The translations under genes and the position numbers were made by a program. From Prorocentrum cordatum (taxonomy: Eukaryota), in contig CAUYUJ010000026.1 in NCBI GenBank assembly GCA_963575745.1, forward strand, positions 248,001 to 312,000: a DNA stretch of 64,000 bases. The letters are read 5' to 3'. This document shows positions 22,664 to 39,100 of the stretch, piece by piece (position 1 is the stretch's first letter; each line of letters begins with the position of its first letter). The notes below the pieces were generated by a model. It saw nothing but the letters and a program-made list of their open reading frames with translations, did no database searches and was not told the DNA's origin.

Positions 22664-23837
22664 TTAGCCTCTGGAGAGACCGTACAGGAAAGACTCAGGA
22701 AGACCATGGGCCGACACTTCTGGGGGTCGGCGTTGTGAGCGATTTCTGACGTCGGGGGCCTGGTGATCTTTTCTTATGCATTGTCTTGCCGATTTGCGCG
22801 GGTCCTCGCACCCCTCCCCCCCCTCCTCTCCCCCCCAATGGACTAGATTTTGGCTGTTTTGGGCGCCTGTCTCAAGCAGGTGGACGGCTCCACATAGGAT
22901 TCCCGATAGGAACACGGTTCCAAACAGTCGCCATAAGCAGAGTTCCAGAGTCAGACCCCCCCTCCGCCCTCTCCCTTCCGCTCAATTTCGAAACGCCGAA
23001 CAAGAAAACGTTCACTTGGGGAAGGAGGCGAGACGAGGGGGGGGGGGGGGGGCGATCGGGGGGATTGGTAAACAATGGTCCGGAGGGGGAGGGGAGGGGT
23101 AGGAGAAAGTACGGGGGCTAGTTAGGAGGGCAGGGCAGGGGAGAGGGTGGGTGCGGAGAAGGGCGGACACCCTGCCGTCCGACGCCAAGGGAGTGTGCGT
23201 GTGTGCGAGAGGGAGAGAGAGACAGAGAGAGGGTGTGTGTGTGTGTGTGCATGTGTGTGTGTGCCCTCCGCGAAGTTGTTGCCCGAGCTGCGGTTCGGCC
23301 GGCCCCCCTGGGCCGCGCGCCTCGGGTTCCGCACCATTGGCCCGTCTTGCTCGCGCTGCGCCCGCCTCCTTGACCCGTCGCGGAGCTGGAAGAATTCCGC
23401 AATCGGAACACGGGCTCGTCAGCAGAACGCGAGGCCCGTCAGCGGAACAGGGTGGCCCGTCAGAGGAACAGGGGCCGCGCACGCCAGGCGGACACCTGGC
23501 GACCGTTGGCCGAACTCGTTGGCCTCAGCTCCGGCGCTTACCACTGTACTTCGTCTCCCTGTGTCCCGCGCCGCGGGTACAGACCGTGGCCCCCTCCGCC
23601 CCGGCCTGTTCAGTCCCTCATCTCTGCGCGTCTTTGCTCCCAAGAGGGATGCTTGGGCGCTGCAGGTGCCTGTCTGTCATGCGCGACCTTTCTCCTGCAC
23701 GCGCAACCGTTCGGCGGTTGCCTCCCATCGATGAGGCTCGGTGGTAACTCCTTTGAACGCGTCCCGCAATTCGCCTCGCTGCGTTGGACCAGCCAGCCTA
23801 GGAGTAACGTGTGTGTGTGTGTATGCGCGCGCGCGCG

Positions 23838-23873
<36 letters not shown>

Positions 23874-23985
23874 GGGGGGGGCGTGTGGGCGTGTGTGTGT
23901 GTGCGTGTGTGTGTGTGTGTGTGTGCGTGTGTGCGTGTGTGCGTGTGTGTTCGTGTGTGTATGTGCGTGTGCTTGCTAACGTGTG
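22540..23985. repeat. Cluster of (TA)n, (CA)n, (GA)n and (GT)n microsatellites (22540-22660, 23205-23265, 23809-23985)
   Basis: Direct reading. Confidence 0.85.
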
Positions 23986-24169
23986 ATAATTGCGCGTGCT
24001 GCAGCTCTGCATTGTCACGTTTCGTTTTGTCGGGAGCCCGACAGGCCGTTCCATGCGCACCTGCCGGTCAGCCTCTTTATTGGCACTATTTTATCCCGGA
24101 AAGGGCGCGGACCCAGGGTTCTCTTTTAGGATTTCACCCCCGGAATCGGCGGGCGTAGGTCGGGAGCCT

Positions 24170-25420
24170 TGAGACGGGGGTCAATGCAAACGGGGGTCAG
24201 CCACAGCACCGGATCCTGCAGGATCCTGCGAAGACCCCCTCTGGCTGACCCGGGTTAGCGAGCCGCTCGTGGCCGCGAGGCTGCCGCGCCTATTGGCTGA
24301 CCCGGGTTTGCGAAGACCTGCGTTGCAGTTCTTTTGTTCCTGCATTGCATTTTTTGGTTTCCTTCTGACCCGGGTCTGGATTGACCCCGGTCAGAAGATC
24401 CCCGAGTAGGGCCAGGGAGATAATTTGCAGTCAATAACGAGGTCGCGCAGGGCCGGCGAATTAGGATTTTGAGGATGTCGGGAGCCTTGAGACAGGAGTC
24501 AATGCAAACGAGGGTCAGCCAGAGCGCCGGGTCTTGCAGGATCTTGCAGGACCAGGGTCGCATTGACCCGGGCTTGGGTGCAGGATCCTGCAGGATCCTG
24601 CAGGATCCTTCGCGTTGACCAGGGTTTGGATGCAGAATCTTGCAGGATTCTGCAAGGCTTGACTGGCCCGGGTCTGGATTGACCCGGGTCAGAAGAAGAT
24701 CCCCGAGGATGTCTCGAACGAAACGTTTGTTCTTAAGAATTTGTTGAGGATGTCTCGAGCGAAACGTTTGTTTTGTGATATGGATCGTTCCTCTCCTGGG
24801 GACAAGAATTCAGAGGATGTCTGAGGTGAAATGCTTGTTTTTACGTGCCCAGGTTTGGGGGATTTCTCGAGCGAAACGCTTGGTTTCACGCCTCCAGGTT
24901 GCCCAGGCAGAGGTCTAGCACCAGGATTTGTTGAGGATGTGTCGAGCGAGACGTTTGTTTTCACGCGTCCAGGTCGTCCTAGCAGATATTTGTTGAGGAT
25001 GTCTCGAGAAAGACGCTTTTGTCGCGTGGCGCGCCCCGCAGTGCGTCCCCATGGCACGTCCCCTGGCACATCCCCTGGCGCGTCCCTTGTAACGTTCCGC
25101 GGCGCGTCCCCCTGGCATGTCCCTATGTCAATGAGCTCTGGGGCAACTGCTATGTGCTCAGGCAGCTCGAGCTTAAGATCCAGATCTGTTTGGTCAGGAC
25201 TCGAATGCAAAGGACGATTCGATCCACAACGCTATAGAGCACAATCGCGGCATGGCACATCGCAATTCAGCACGGCGCAGAACAGTACAGCTTTGGCACG
25301 GTACATCAAGATTGAAGCATTCAGTTTTTCAATTGCCCGTCTCCGAACGAGGTGTCTTGAAAATTTTGCCATGCTTCACATTTCTATAGTCTTTCCCGAG
25401 TCCGTGGGTCGATCATGTTC
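24170..25420. repeat. Composite dispersed repeat: CTGCAGGATC/TGACCCGGG units, GAGGATGTCTCGAGCGAAACG units, 12-bp GGCACGTCCCCT units
   Basis: The same modules recur at 27470-28600, 30510-30620, 49860-51480 and 53740-53930. Confidence 0.75.
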
Positions 25421-26807
25421 TTCGATTTCGGCTTCTGGGGCCTGTTACCGGGCCCCAGGACCATCAGGAACGGAAAAGCTGCGCGGTGACGGACCGTGCG
25501 GTGAGGTCCTTGGGGATTCCGAGGTCACCGCGGTCTGTCACCGCTCGGGCGGGTGGCAATGGGTGGTGACCTAAATTGTGGGTGAAGAACAGGGCCCCTT
25601 TAGGGCATTTTCTTCACCCCCCCTTCAGTCGGCCACACGCAGAGGGGGGGTAGGGGGATGCGGGGGGGTGGAGGCTTCTTGAAGCACCCCTGCCTCTTAG
25701 AAGGCGCGGGCTTTGTCTGTAGATGCAGGGCCGGCGCCTTCTAAGATGCGAATTCCTCCTAAGAAGCGTTCCCTCCTCCACCATACCCCCTTGTGCGCGC
25801 CGCCTGTACACACTGTTCAGTTTAAATATTCGAAAGTTATTTGATTTTTTGGGGGCCAAGATCCTTTCATTTTTAAGTGTTCTATCCTGGGCCTCTTCCT
25901 GGCCACTAGGGGGCCAGGAACAATTGGAAACGAGCACAGTCAGAAATGAGCACGATTTCGAATGAACGACGTGTAGGTCACCACCACTTGCCACCCGCCC
26001 GAACCGCGCCGTCCGTCTTGGGACTCCCGATCGGTGCAGCCGGCCCCCCGCCTGCCTGCACGCCTCCTGCTTCCGACGGGTGCGGACCTCCCCGCGCGGC
26101 CCTGAGGAGCCGCCGCCCTTGGCGCGCGCAGCGCGCCGGGTGGCCGTCAGCGCTCGGGCCCCCCCGGCGGCGCCTCCGACGCCGCTCCTGGCGCGCTCCG
26201 CGCGCCAGGGAGGATCCAGCGCCGATCCACGAAGTCCGCGCGGACCCCCAGAAGTTCTTCTCCGAGGAGAACATGTGCCCGTATCGCTACCCTTGCCTGG
26301 TTTTCCCCTTTGGGGTCCTTCAGGGAGGCCCTCGTCGCCACCGCTGGATTCTCCTCGAACTTCTCGTCAGAATGCACCTCGGGAGAGGTGCAGGGAGTAG
26401 CGGCATCGGTAAGTTTTGGTTGACCTATTTTCTTCTGGCGGTTCTTGTCCGCACGCCATCGAACACGCTATCTCATGTCATTGGTTTCATCATCGTCTGG
26501 CACTGGCTTCTGCCTGGGTCTCTCCGTCTTTGTCCTACCGACCTCTTGCTCCGCATTCGTCCCCTCTGTTCCTCCATTGCCCTCCCCTTGTTCTCTTCTT
26601 TAGCCTGAGAGGTGGCCTCGTGTTTCGTGGTACGCCTTGTCCAGCAGCGAAATCCAATCCAGCGGAGCCCCTCTGCTTCCAGATCCCCGGGACGGGACGG
26701 GGCGTTGAGTTATTGATTCGGGCTTAGGGGTCCTCGTCATCCGCTATCCCTTTATCTCCCACACGTGCTGGCAGCATCGACTGCTCTCAGAGCCTTGCCT
26801 GCTGCAG

Positions 26808-26889
26808 GACCACAGCGACGACGGGTACGACAACCACAGTGTCCATCACAAGCACCACCATGAGCAGCATCACCACGTCGGTCATCTCG
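26808..26889 (+). CDS. Predicted micro-exon 4 ((R)TTATTGTTTTVSITSTTMSSITTSVIS)
   Basis: ctgcAG|G acceptor, phase 2 in. The 3' end is ambiguous (26880|GT, 26889|GG or 26892|GA), but all options are phase 0. Confidence 0.7.
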
Positions 26890-27989
26890 GGGGATGGAGG
26901 AGGCGGAGGAGGAGGAGGAGGAGGAGGCGGAGGAGGAGGATGAGGAGGAGGCGGAGGAGGAGGAGGATGGAGGGGGAGGAGGAGGAGGAGGAGGAGGAGG
27001 AGGAGGAGGAGGAGGACGAGAGATGACGAGAGGGGAGGGCAGAGGGCGGAGGCGCAGCGACGCAGCCGCGCGTTCGCCCGGCGACTCGGACGACCAACAA
27101 GACGGAGGATACAGCAAACAGCTCAGAGTAGATAAAGGTACCCATACCTCTACCCTTCGCTCGTGTTCCCCTTCATGGGCCTCCTGGGCGGCCCTCGTCG
27201 CCACCGCTGGACTCGCTTCGAAATCCTGATGAGAACGACCCCGGGAGAGGTCTGGGGAGCAGCGGTATCGGTACCTTTTGCTCTCCCCAATAGGCCTCCC
27301 TATAGACCCCCCGCCTAGCGAAGAGCAGTAGTCACGACGGGTTTTTCCCATAAGGGGCTCGGGCACAGCGGTCTCTTTTGGCTGGTGTGCCCCCTTACCT
27401 CGACTTGCGTAGGGCTAGCGAAGTAAGTCTGCGATGAACAGCGAAGTCGCTTAGGGCCAGCGAATTGACAAGTTAAGGATGTCCAGAGCGAAACGCTGGT
27501 TTTTGAATTTCCGATCGATAGACCTTAGTGTGAAGTAAGCGTGTCCTTGTTTGGCGGTTGTCGCGAGCGAAACGCTTGCTTTGCATAATTCATTAAGAGT
27601 GTCTCAAGCGAAACGCTTGTTTTGCCCCATAGATATCTCCTCTGATGGGGACCAGAATGCAGAGGATCTCTCATGCGAAATGTTGGTTTTCACATGCCCA
27701 GGTCGCACAGAGGGGTGTTTAACATGGTTGTCCCCGGGTGGGACCACGTACTTTCACGTGCCCAGGCCACCCCGGGGGGCATCTAACATGGTGGTCCCGC
27801 GCTGGATCCACGTGTGTTGACGTGTCCAGGCCACTTAGTGGGGGTATCTTACATGGTTGCCCAGAGATGGAAACATGTGTTTCTGCATGTCCAAGCCACC
27901 CAGAAGGGGTATACATGTCTGGGGCTCCCCAGTGTGGGGGCCCACACGAGCCATACTCCCTGGCGCCATGCCGGGATGGGCTGGCGGAT

Positions 27990-28330
27990 TTCCGCTCTGG
28001 GGTGAAAAGGGACCCATGTAATTTAACGTTTGCTGCTCTCTGGGGCGAAAAGGGGCCCATGTGTTTTCACTCTTGTTCCGCTCTGGGGCGACGCGGCCCG
28101 CGTGTGTTCATGCTTGCGCCGCTCTGGGGCGAAAGGGACTCATGCAGTTTCACGTTTGCTGCGCTCTGGGGCAACAGGGGCCCACGTGGTTTCACGCTTG
28201 CTCTGCTCTGGGGCGACAGGGACCCACATGTCCTCACCCTTGCGCCGCTCTGGCGCGAAAGGTACCAACGTGTGTTCACGCTTGTCCCGCTCTGGCCCTG
28301 GCGCGCAAAGGACCCATGTGTGCTTCAATC
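27990..28330. repeat. ~42-bp tandem repeat (gctctggggcgaaagggacccatgtg...ttcacgcttgc), about 8 copies
   Basis: Direct reading. Confidence 0.85.
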
Positions 28331-30689
28331 TTGTTTCACGTCGCCCCGGCGGATCTTCAACATGAGGATGTGTTGAGGCTGTTATTCGAGCGAGGCGTGG
28401 GTCTTTACGTGCCCAGTCCGCCCAGGGGGATCGCTAACATGAGTATGTGTTGAGGATGTCCAGGGCGACACGCTCGCTCTGCACGATATGTGGAGGATGT
28501 CTGGAGCGAGGTCCTCGCCTGCAGCGAAAGGCGCCGTCTGCGGGATGTGTTCAGGATGTCTGTCACAAAACGCTGTTTGTTCCCATTATTTGAGGATATG
28601 TCGATCGGGCGTCATCTCGATGCCTTCGTTTCGGTTCGGATTTGCTCCTTGATCGGTTTGTCCCATTTCGGAGCTGAATCGGGTCTTGAGTTCGAGCTGA
28701 TTGACTGCCCCGCATGTTTCTCCCCCATCTGTCGTGGTCGCGCTCGGTTCACTCCGTTGCGGAAGTGAATGTCTCGGGCGATGACTTCGTAATTGAAGCG
28801 GCTCTTGAGCTCGAGCTGGTCGAGCGCCCCGCGCGCTTCGACTACAAAACTAGCCAGAGCTATGCGTTCAGGCAGCTCGAGCCTAAGATCCAAGTCAGTT
28901 CAGCCACGACTCTGACGAAAAGGACTGCTTGATCCACAATGCAATACGGTGTGGGCGTTCGTTAAGGAACGTGCCCAGGAGGCTTCAGACCCTGGAGGGT
29001 TCCTTATCTGATGAGGGTGGCGGTGATATCCATGGCCGATCCACGATTAAAGTTCCATTCCCATGGCTTCCAGACCCTGGATTCCTTATCGAAGGGTTCC
29101 GTGCCCAATGCCATCACCGTAGGGCGCGGCGCGGTTCAACGCGGCGTGACACGTTGAATCCAGCACAGCACGGCACAGTGCGGCGCAGTACAGCACAGCC
29201 CCAGGCACAGTTCATCACGATCGTTACCTCGAGCATTGTAATGCCCGTCGCCCAAGTTTGACGTGGAAACGATGCCAGGCTGTACATTTCTACATCCCTT
29301 TCCGGGTCCCGGGGATCGTGGGTCGATCGTGTTTTTTCCATGTTTCGGCTCTCGCGGGCCTTTCGTGGGCCCTGGGACCTTCAGAAAACGACTCGGGATG
29401 AAACGCTGGTCCCGGGGATGGGTCTCCAAACCACCTACGTTCTGATTTTCTCACAGCGTCGACCTTTACAGGTCTCGACTCATTCCCTGGGACCGGTTTT
29501 TTTTGTCCCGTCCCGTCGTGGATTCTCACCGGCTTGACCGCGAGCGCACCGCCCGTCGTAGACTCTTCGCGACGCGAGCGGGTCTGGGGACCCCTGTCGG
29601 TCCGCGAGCCGCACAGCTCGCGACGTCGGAGGCCCCAAGCAGCCGAGGGCTGCCGGCTTTGGGCGGGGGCACGCCGGCCTCCACGGCGAAGCGGCAGACT
29701 TGCCGTGGCCCTCGCCAGCGTCTGCGCACCGGCAGGCCGTGGGCGGCTGAGGCATCCGCAACGCACGTGCAGGAGACGCATCAAACAAGAGATCGGGCTG
29801 CCAGCAGGTGCCTCACGACGAGGCCTCGTCTCCAGTCGGGGGAGAAAAAGATACGGATACGTGTTGTCCCCCTTCGTTTTCGGCCTTTCCTGGTCCTCCT
29901 GGGGAATCCTCGTTGTCACCGCTGGATTCGCATCGAAATTCTGGTCAGAACGCACCCCAAGGGAGGTCCGGGGACAACACGTATCCGTATCTTTCCGCCC
30001 CCCAATCCAGGTGACCCCACGGACCCAAAAAAAAGCTTTGGGGCACCTCAGGACCCTCCAGGGTCGACGAAGAGATTCCTGTGTGTCTACTGTATCCCGT
30101 CCACAACGCGACGCTCATGCCCAGATCTCCGACGAGGCGCGTCTTTTCCTGGAAGGGGCTCCGGCCCAGGGTCTATGAAAATTCGTAAACCTGTCCCCCG
30201 GGTCCCATGCTGCGATGGGCCGGCGAATCGCCGTTCGATAAAAAAGAATGTAAAGTCCCATTCGGCGTGGAAGCAATGCGTTTCGCGCGTGCCCGCTCTA
30301 GGACAATGCGCCCCCCCATCTTGGATCCTCGTTGCACAGCGGGGTCTGGAGACCCCTGCTTCCCTTGGTCAAATATAGATTGCGGAGCGTTTTGCGCAGA
30401 ATCCCAACTAAATAGCAAGGTTCGTACTTTTCAAGATCTGGTTAACAAAAATTGGAAAGTTTACCTTGTGCGTGCCTGCTCGATGATGGCGCGTCTTGCG
30501 CGCAGAAATTTCAAGGATGTCTCAAGCCCCGGGCTTGTTTTGCAAAATTAATGTTGGCTCCTTGCGAGGATGGCGCGCCCTGCGCGCCGAATATCTAAAG
30601 ATGTCTCGGGCGAAACGCTTGTTGTGCAGCGCTTCAAAGGCCTGGGCGCCCCAGGATGCCCAGGTGGTTCTGGGAGTGCGGTCGGACAA

Positions 30690-32900
<2,211 letters not shown>

Positions 32901-33001
32901 CATATCTTCGGGCCCTGGGGCAACCAAACACGTACCTGGGACGTCAAGTACTCCCATGGACGGGGCTGGGATCTCTGGGTCCGCGCATAGGAAGGGCGTT
33001 T

Positions 33002-33051
<50 letters not shown>

Positions 33052-33098
33052 ACATACATGTATATGTCTATATAAGTGTGTATATATATATATGTATA

Positions 33099-33142
<44 letters not shown>

Positions 33143-33146
<4 letters not shown>

Positions 33147-36100
33147 TGGGGGCGAGGCCGGGGGCCCCAGGACAGGTGCCCCGACCCCCCATGGCGGGAC
33201 CGGGGCTCATTTTCTATTTGTTTTTACAAGGTTTCCGCGTCCTGGGCCTCGGAGGCCGCCGCCTCCGACCCCTCATGGGAGGACGGGGCGGCGGGGGAGG
33301 TCCCAGAGTTGCCCAAGACAGCCCAACAGAGCCCCAAGACGGCCCCAAGATGCGCCCAAGAGGGGGACCACGACTCCACAATTCGACCCTCCCGCTTGAA
33401 GAGTGCCCCAGGAGGCCCCAAGGAGCCCCCAAGAGGCCCCGGGAGGCCCCCAAGAGGCACCCAGGAGGCCCAAACGATGCCTAAAGAGGCCACAAAACAG
33501 CCCCGAGGAGGCCCCACAACGGTCCCAAAACGGCTACCGAGAAGCTGCGAAACTGCCTTCACGACGTCCCCGACAGGCCAACCACGAGATCCCAACCAAC
33601 ACGCATGAGGCTTCTGACCCACCACCCAGGGCACGGTGGCAAGAGCAGTGACAGCACTTGTGCACAGCATGTTCCGGCGGGGAAGCTTCCGGAACACGCT
33701 GCAGAGGAGGAGGAGGATCAGTGGAGCACGAGGCAGGAGGGGGGGAGGAGGAGGAGGGGGCGAGGCGGATGCAAGAGGCTCACAGACAGCTCCCAAGATA
33801 GCCGAAGAGGATTCCAAGAGGGCCCCTGGGCGGCCCTGAGGGCCCAAGGCCCGGTGCACTGAGGGGGGGGCGCCCAAGACGGCCCGAGAGGGCCCCAAGA
33901 CGGCCCCAAGAGAGGCCCAAGAAGGGAAACACGCACGAACCGAGAATCCGAGCTTTCTACCCCGAGAGGTTCTCGGGAAGTCCCAAGAAGCCCCCAATCG
34001 GATCCAAGAGGCCCCCAAGAAGCTCCCAAGAGGGCCGACGAGGTTCCAAGAGATCTCCCAAGGTGGCCCCAAGAGGCACAACTCATTGTTTTACGATTGG
34101 GCTTTGACGGGTTTTAATGTTTTCGGCCTTTTGGCCTCCCGATGCTCCAAGACGGCCCAAGAGGCTTCCAATACCGCTCCCATTTAGAGGAAGAGGCCTC
34201 CAAGAGGGCCCCAAGACGGCCCGCGAGGGCCCCAAGACGGTGCTTGAGGCGCCCAAGACGGCCCGAGAGGGCCCCAAGAGCCCCAAGAGAGGCCCAAGAA
34301 GGGGAACGCGACCCAACAGCAGAGCGGCCCCCCCACAAGGCCCACAGGAGGCCGCAAGAGGCCCCCAAGTGGTCCGACGAGGACCCCAAAAGCTTCCCGA
34401 GAGCCTAAAAGGCCCCTATGAGACGTCCAAGAGGTTTTAAAATAGCCCAAGAGTGCCCTCGATGCGTCAAAACTGCTTCCAGGAGGCCCCCGGGAGGCTT
34501 CCGGATTGCCTCAATCTGGCCGCTGGTGGCCTCAAGTCGGGCCTCCACGCAGCCAAGACGGCCAATGACGGCTTCAGATTGCAGAACCGATGCCCCCAAG
34601 GGACCCTCAGACGCCCCCCTAAGAAGCACCCAAGAGGTGCCTCCAACAGCCAGTTGACGAAGCATGCGGAACACCCCAGAAGCTCCTCAGATGCCGTCGC
34701 GCGCCTGTGCTTGATAGCGTTGTCCAAGATCGTCCAGCGCCCCCCCAGCCTGGGCTAGAACCTGAGCGCGCGCGAAGCGCGCGCGATGTTTCTAGCCCAG
34801 GGGCCCGAAAACAGCTGCCCGACACTCCATGGGAGTACCGGGGCTCATTTCCCCTATGTTTTTATTGGGTTTCGGCGTCCCGGGCCTCGGAGGCCGCCGC
34901 GATGGTCCCGGACATTTTCCAGATCCTCGGCGCGGGCTCCAAGACCATTCCGCAGAGGGCTCCAACAGGCTCCAGGGCAGCTCAAGAGGGCTCCAAGACG
35001 GCTCCAGGAACGACTGCAGGGTCTCATTTTCCTTGTGTTTTCTGCAAGGCGGCTCCAGGAAGACTGCATGTCTTATGAGGATGGCTTCCGCCTCTTGCCC
35101 CGAGCATCCCTAACTGCCTGAACGGTTCCCACTCGCCTTCCCCAATCCCAGCGTTTGCCCAAGCGCGTTCCGGACGGTCTTCGCTGGAACGCGCTGGAAT
35201 GATCACGCGCTGCGGTTTCCCATGCCCCATGCCAACGTCCTCGGAAGTGGGCGCCCTGCCACGAGCGCGTTCCGGGAAGATGCTCCCGGAACACGCTGAA
35301 AAAGTATGGCCACATCTCGGGGACGCTACCGGCACCGCTGCCCCAGCCTTTCCGGGCAGCCTCCACAGCGCTCCAGGAGCGCCCAAGACGCCCCCCAGGA
35401 GCCCCCAGAATGCGAAATGATGGCCCAAGACGCTCCCGAGCAGCCCAAGTCAGCCTTCCGACGGCTCTCGAGGCTCCCAGGTGTCCTCCAAGAGACCCCA
35501 AGAAGTCTGATAGGTATCACGGTACGGCCCGAAGAGGCCAAAGTCGTATATGTTCGATGGTCTTTTCAATGTTTTTGGCTTCTCGCGTTTTCGAGCTTCC
35601 ATCGGTCCAAGAGCGCCGAAGCGCCTCCATGGGGGTACCGGGTCTCATTTTCCTTGTGTTTTTAAAAAGGGTTTCCGCGTCCTGGGCCTCGGAGGCCGCC
35701 GCCTCCGACCCCCCATGGGAGGAGGAGGAGGGGCGGCCGGGGAGTTCGAAAATATTCCAGGAGGGCCTCCAGAGGCCTCCAAGACGGCCCAAGCGGGCCC
35801 CGAGTCGCCTGTAGTAATCCGCTTCTCTGTGCGGTGGGTGTTGAGGCTGTTGAGCGGTAGTTCTCTCGTTTCTTATTGCGCCTGTGCGTTGTATCTTCTA
35901 GTTTTTTTTTTTATTTTTTTTTTCTTTTTTTTTGCCTTCCTTTGTTTTCCAGTTTCTTAATTCCTCTCTTGTTTTTTTCTGTTCTCCATTTTTCTCCTCC
36001 TCTTCCAGTTTTTTCCTTCTGATTCCTCAGGACGCCCAAGATATGCCCAAGACGGCCCGAGAGGCCCCCCAAGGCACTCCACGACGCTCCAAGACGCCTC

Positions 36101-39100
36101 TCCAGAGCGCTTCAAGAGGCCGAAATCGTCAATTTTACGCAGATTTTCGAACGAGTTTGGCCTTCCAGCCTTTTCGGCTGTCTGACGTTCCAAGACAGCT
36201 CAATAGGCCCCCGAGAGCGCCCTAAGACGGCCCAAGAGGGCCCCAAGACGGCCCCAGAGTCGCCCAAGACAGCCCAACAGAGCCCCAAGACGGCCCCAAG
36301 ATGCGCCCAAGTGGGGGACCACGACTCCAAAATTCGACCCTCCCGCTTGAAGAGTGCCCCAGGAGGCCCCAAGGAGCCCCCAAGAGGCCCCAGGAGGCCC
36401 AAAAAGAGGCACCCCAGGAGCCAAACGATGCCTAAAGAGGTCACAAACAGCCCAGGATCCCCGGGGGCCCCACAACGGTCCAAACGGCTACGAAGAAGCT
36501 GCGAAACTGCCTTCCCGTGGCCCCGACAGGCCACCACGAGGCCCAAAACAAACACCCATGAGGCCTCTGACCCACCACCCAGGGCACGGTGGCGGGAGCA
36601 GTGACAGCATTTGTGCACAGCATGTTCCGGCGGGAGCCTTCCGGAACACGCTGCAGGAGGAGGAGGAAGATCAGGAGGAGAGGGAGCTGGAGTGGGAGGA
36701 GGAGGAGGGGGACGAGGAGGAGGAAGAGGCCTCCCAGACAGCTCCAAGATAGCCGAAGAGGCTTCCAAGAGGGCCCTGGGCGGCCCACGAGGGCCCCAAG
36801 GCGGTGCCTGAGGAGCCCAAGACGGCCCGAGAGGGCCCCAAGACGGCCCCAAGAGAGGCCCAAGAAGGGAAACACGAACCGAGAATCCGAGCTTTCTACC
36901 CCGAGAGGTTCTCGGGAAGTCCCAAGAGGCCCCCAATCGGATCCAAGAGGCCCCCCCAAGAAGCACCCAAGAGGTGTTGACGAAGCATGCGAAACACCTC
37001 AGAAGCTCCTCAGATGCCGTCGCGCGCCTGTGCTTGATAGCGTTGTCCAAGATCGCCCAGCGCCCCCCCGGCCTGGGCTAGAACCTGAGCGCGCGCGAAG
37101 CGCGCGCGATGGTTCTAGCCCAGGGGCCCGAAAACAGCTGCCCGACCCTCCATGCGAGCACCAGGGCTCATTTTCGCTGTGTTTTTACCGGGTTTTGGCG
37201 TCCCGGGCATCAGAGGCCGCCGCGATGGTCCCGGACATTTTCCAAATCCTCGGCGCGGGCTCCAAGACCATTCCGCAGAGGGCTCCAACAGGCTCCAGGG
37301 CAGCCCAAGAGGGCTCCAAGACGGCTCCAGGAACGACTGCAGGGTCTCATGTTTCCTGTGTTTTCTGCAAGGCGGCTCCAGGAAGACTGCATGTCTTATG
37401 AGGATGGCTTCCGCCTCTTGCCCCGAGCATCCCTAACTGCCTGAACGGTTCCCACTCGCCTTCCGAAAACCCAGCGTTTGCCCAAGCGCGTTCCAGACGG
37501 TATTCGCTGGAACGCGCTTCGGACGTGGGCGCCCTGCCACGAGCGCGTTCCGGGAAGATGCTCCCGGAACGCGCTGAAAAGATCTGGCCACATCTCGGGG
37601 ACGCTCCCGGCACCGCTGCCCCAGCCTTTCCGGCAGCCTCCACAGCGCTCCAGGAGGGCCCAAGACGCCCCCCAGGAGCCCCCAGAATGCGAAAGGATGG
37701 CCCAAGACGCTCCCGAGCAGCCCAAGTCAGCCTTCCGACGGCTCTCGAGGCTCCCAGGTGTCCTCCAAGAGACCCCAAGAAGTCTGATAGGTATCACGGT
37801 ACGGCCCGAAGAGGCCAAAGTCGTATAACTGGTCTTTTCAATGTTTTTGGCTTCTCGCGTTTTCGAGCTTCCATCGGTCCAAGAGCGCCGAAGCGCCTCC
37901 ATGGGGGTACCGGGTCTCATTTTCCTTGTGTTTTTAAAAGGGTTTCCGCGTCCTGGGCTTCGGAGGCCGCCGCCTCCGACCCCCCATGGGAGGAGGGGCG
38001 GCCGGGGAGTTCCAAAATAGTCCAGGAGGGCCTCCAGAGGCCCACAAGACGGCCCAAGCGGGCCCCGAGCCGCCGAAAGACCGGTCCAGGACGCCCAAGA
38101 TAGGCCCAAGACGGCCCGAGAGGCCCCCCAAGGCACTCCACGACGCTCCAAGACGCCTCCCCAGAGCGCTTCAAGAGGCCGAAATCGCCAATTTTACAAA
38201 GATGTTCGAACGATTTTGGCCTTCCAACCTTTTCGGCTGTCTGACGTTCCAAGACGGCTCAATAGGCCCCCGAGAGCGCCCTAAGACGGCCCAAGAGGGC
38301 CCCAAGGCGGCCCCAGAGTCGCCCAAGACAGCCCAACAGAGCCCCAAGACGGCCCCAAGATGCGCCCAAGAGGGGGACCACGATTCCAAAATTCGACCCT
38401 CCCGCTTGAAGAGTGCCCCAGGAGGCCCCAAGGAGCCCCAGGAGGCCCCCAAGAGGCACCCAGGAGGCCCAAACGATGCCTAAAGAGGTCACAAAACAGC
38501 CCCGAGGAGGCCCCACAACGGTCCCAAAACGGCTGCCGAGAAGCTGCGAAACTGCCTTCACGACGTCCCCGACAGGCCAACCACGAGATCCAAACCAACA
38601 CCCATGAGGCCTCTGACCCACCACCCAGGGCACGGTGGCGGGAGCAGTGACAGCACGTGTGCACAGCATGTTCCGGCGGGAGCCGTCCGGAACACGCTGC
38701 AGGAGGAGGAGGAAGATCAGGAGGAGAGAGAGCTGGAGTGGGAGGAGGAGGAGGGGGACGAGGAGGAGGAAGAGGCCTCCCAGACCGCTCCAAGATAGCC
38801 GAAGAGGCTTCCAAGAGGGCCCTGGGCGGCCCACGAGGGCCCCAAGGCGGTGCCTGAGGCGCCCAAGACGGCCCGAGAGGGCCCCAAGACGGCCCCAAGA
38901 GAGGCCCAAGAAGGGAAGCACGAACCGAGAATCCGAGCTTTCTACCCCGAGAGGTTCTCGGGAAGTCGCAAGAGGCCCCCAATCGGATCCAAGAGGCCCC
39001 CAAGAAGCTCCCAAGAGGGCCGACGAGGTTCCAAGAGATCTCCCAAGGTGGCCCCAAGAGGCACAACTCATTGTTTTACGATTGGGCTTTGACGGGTTTT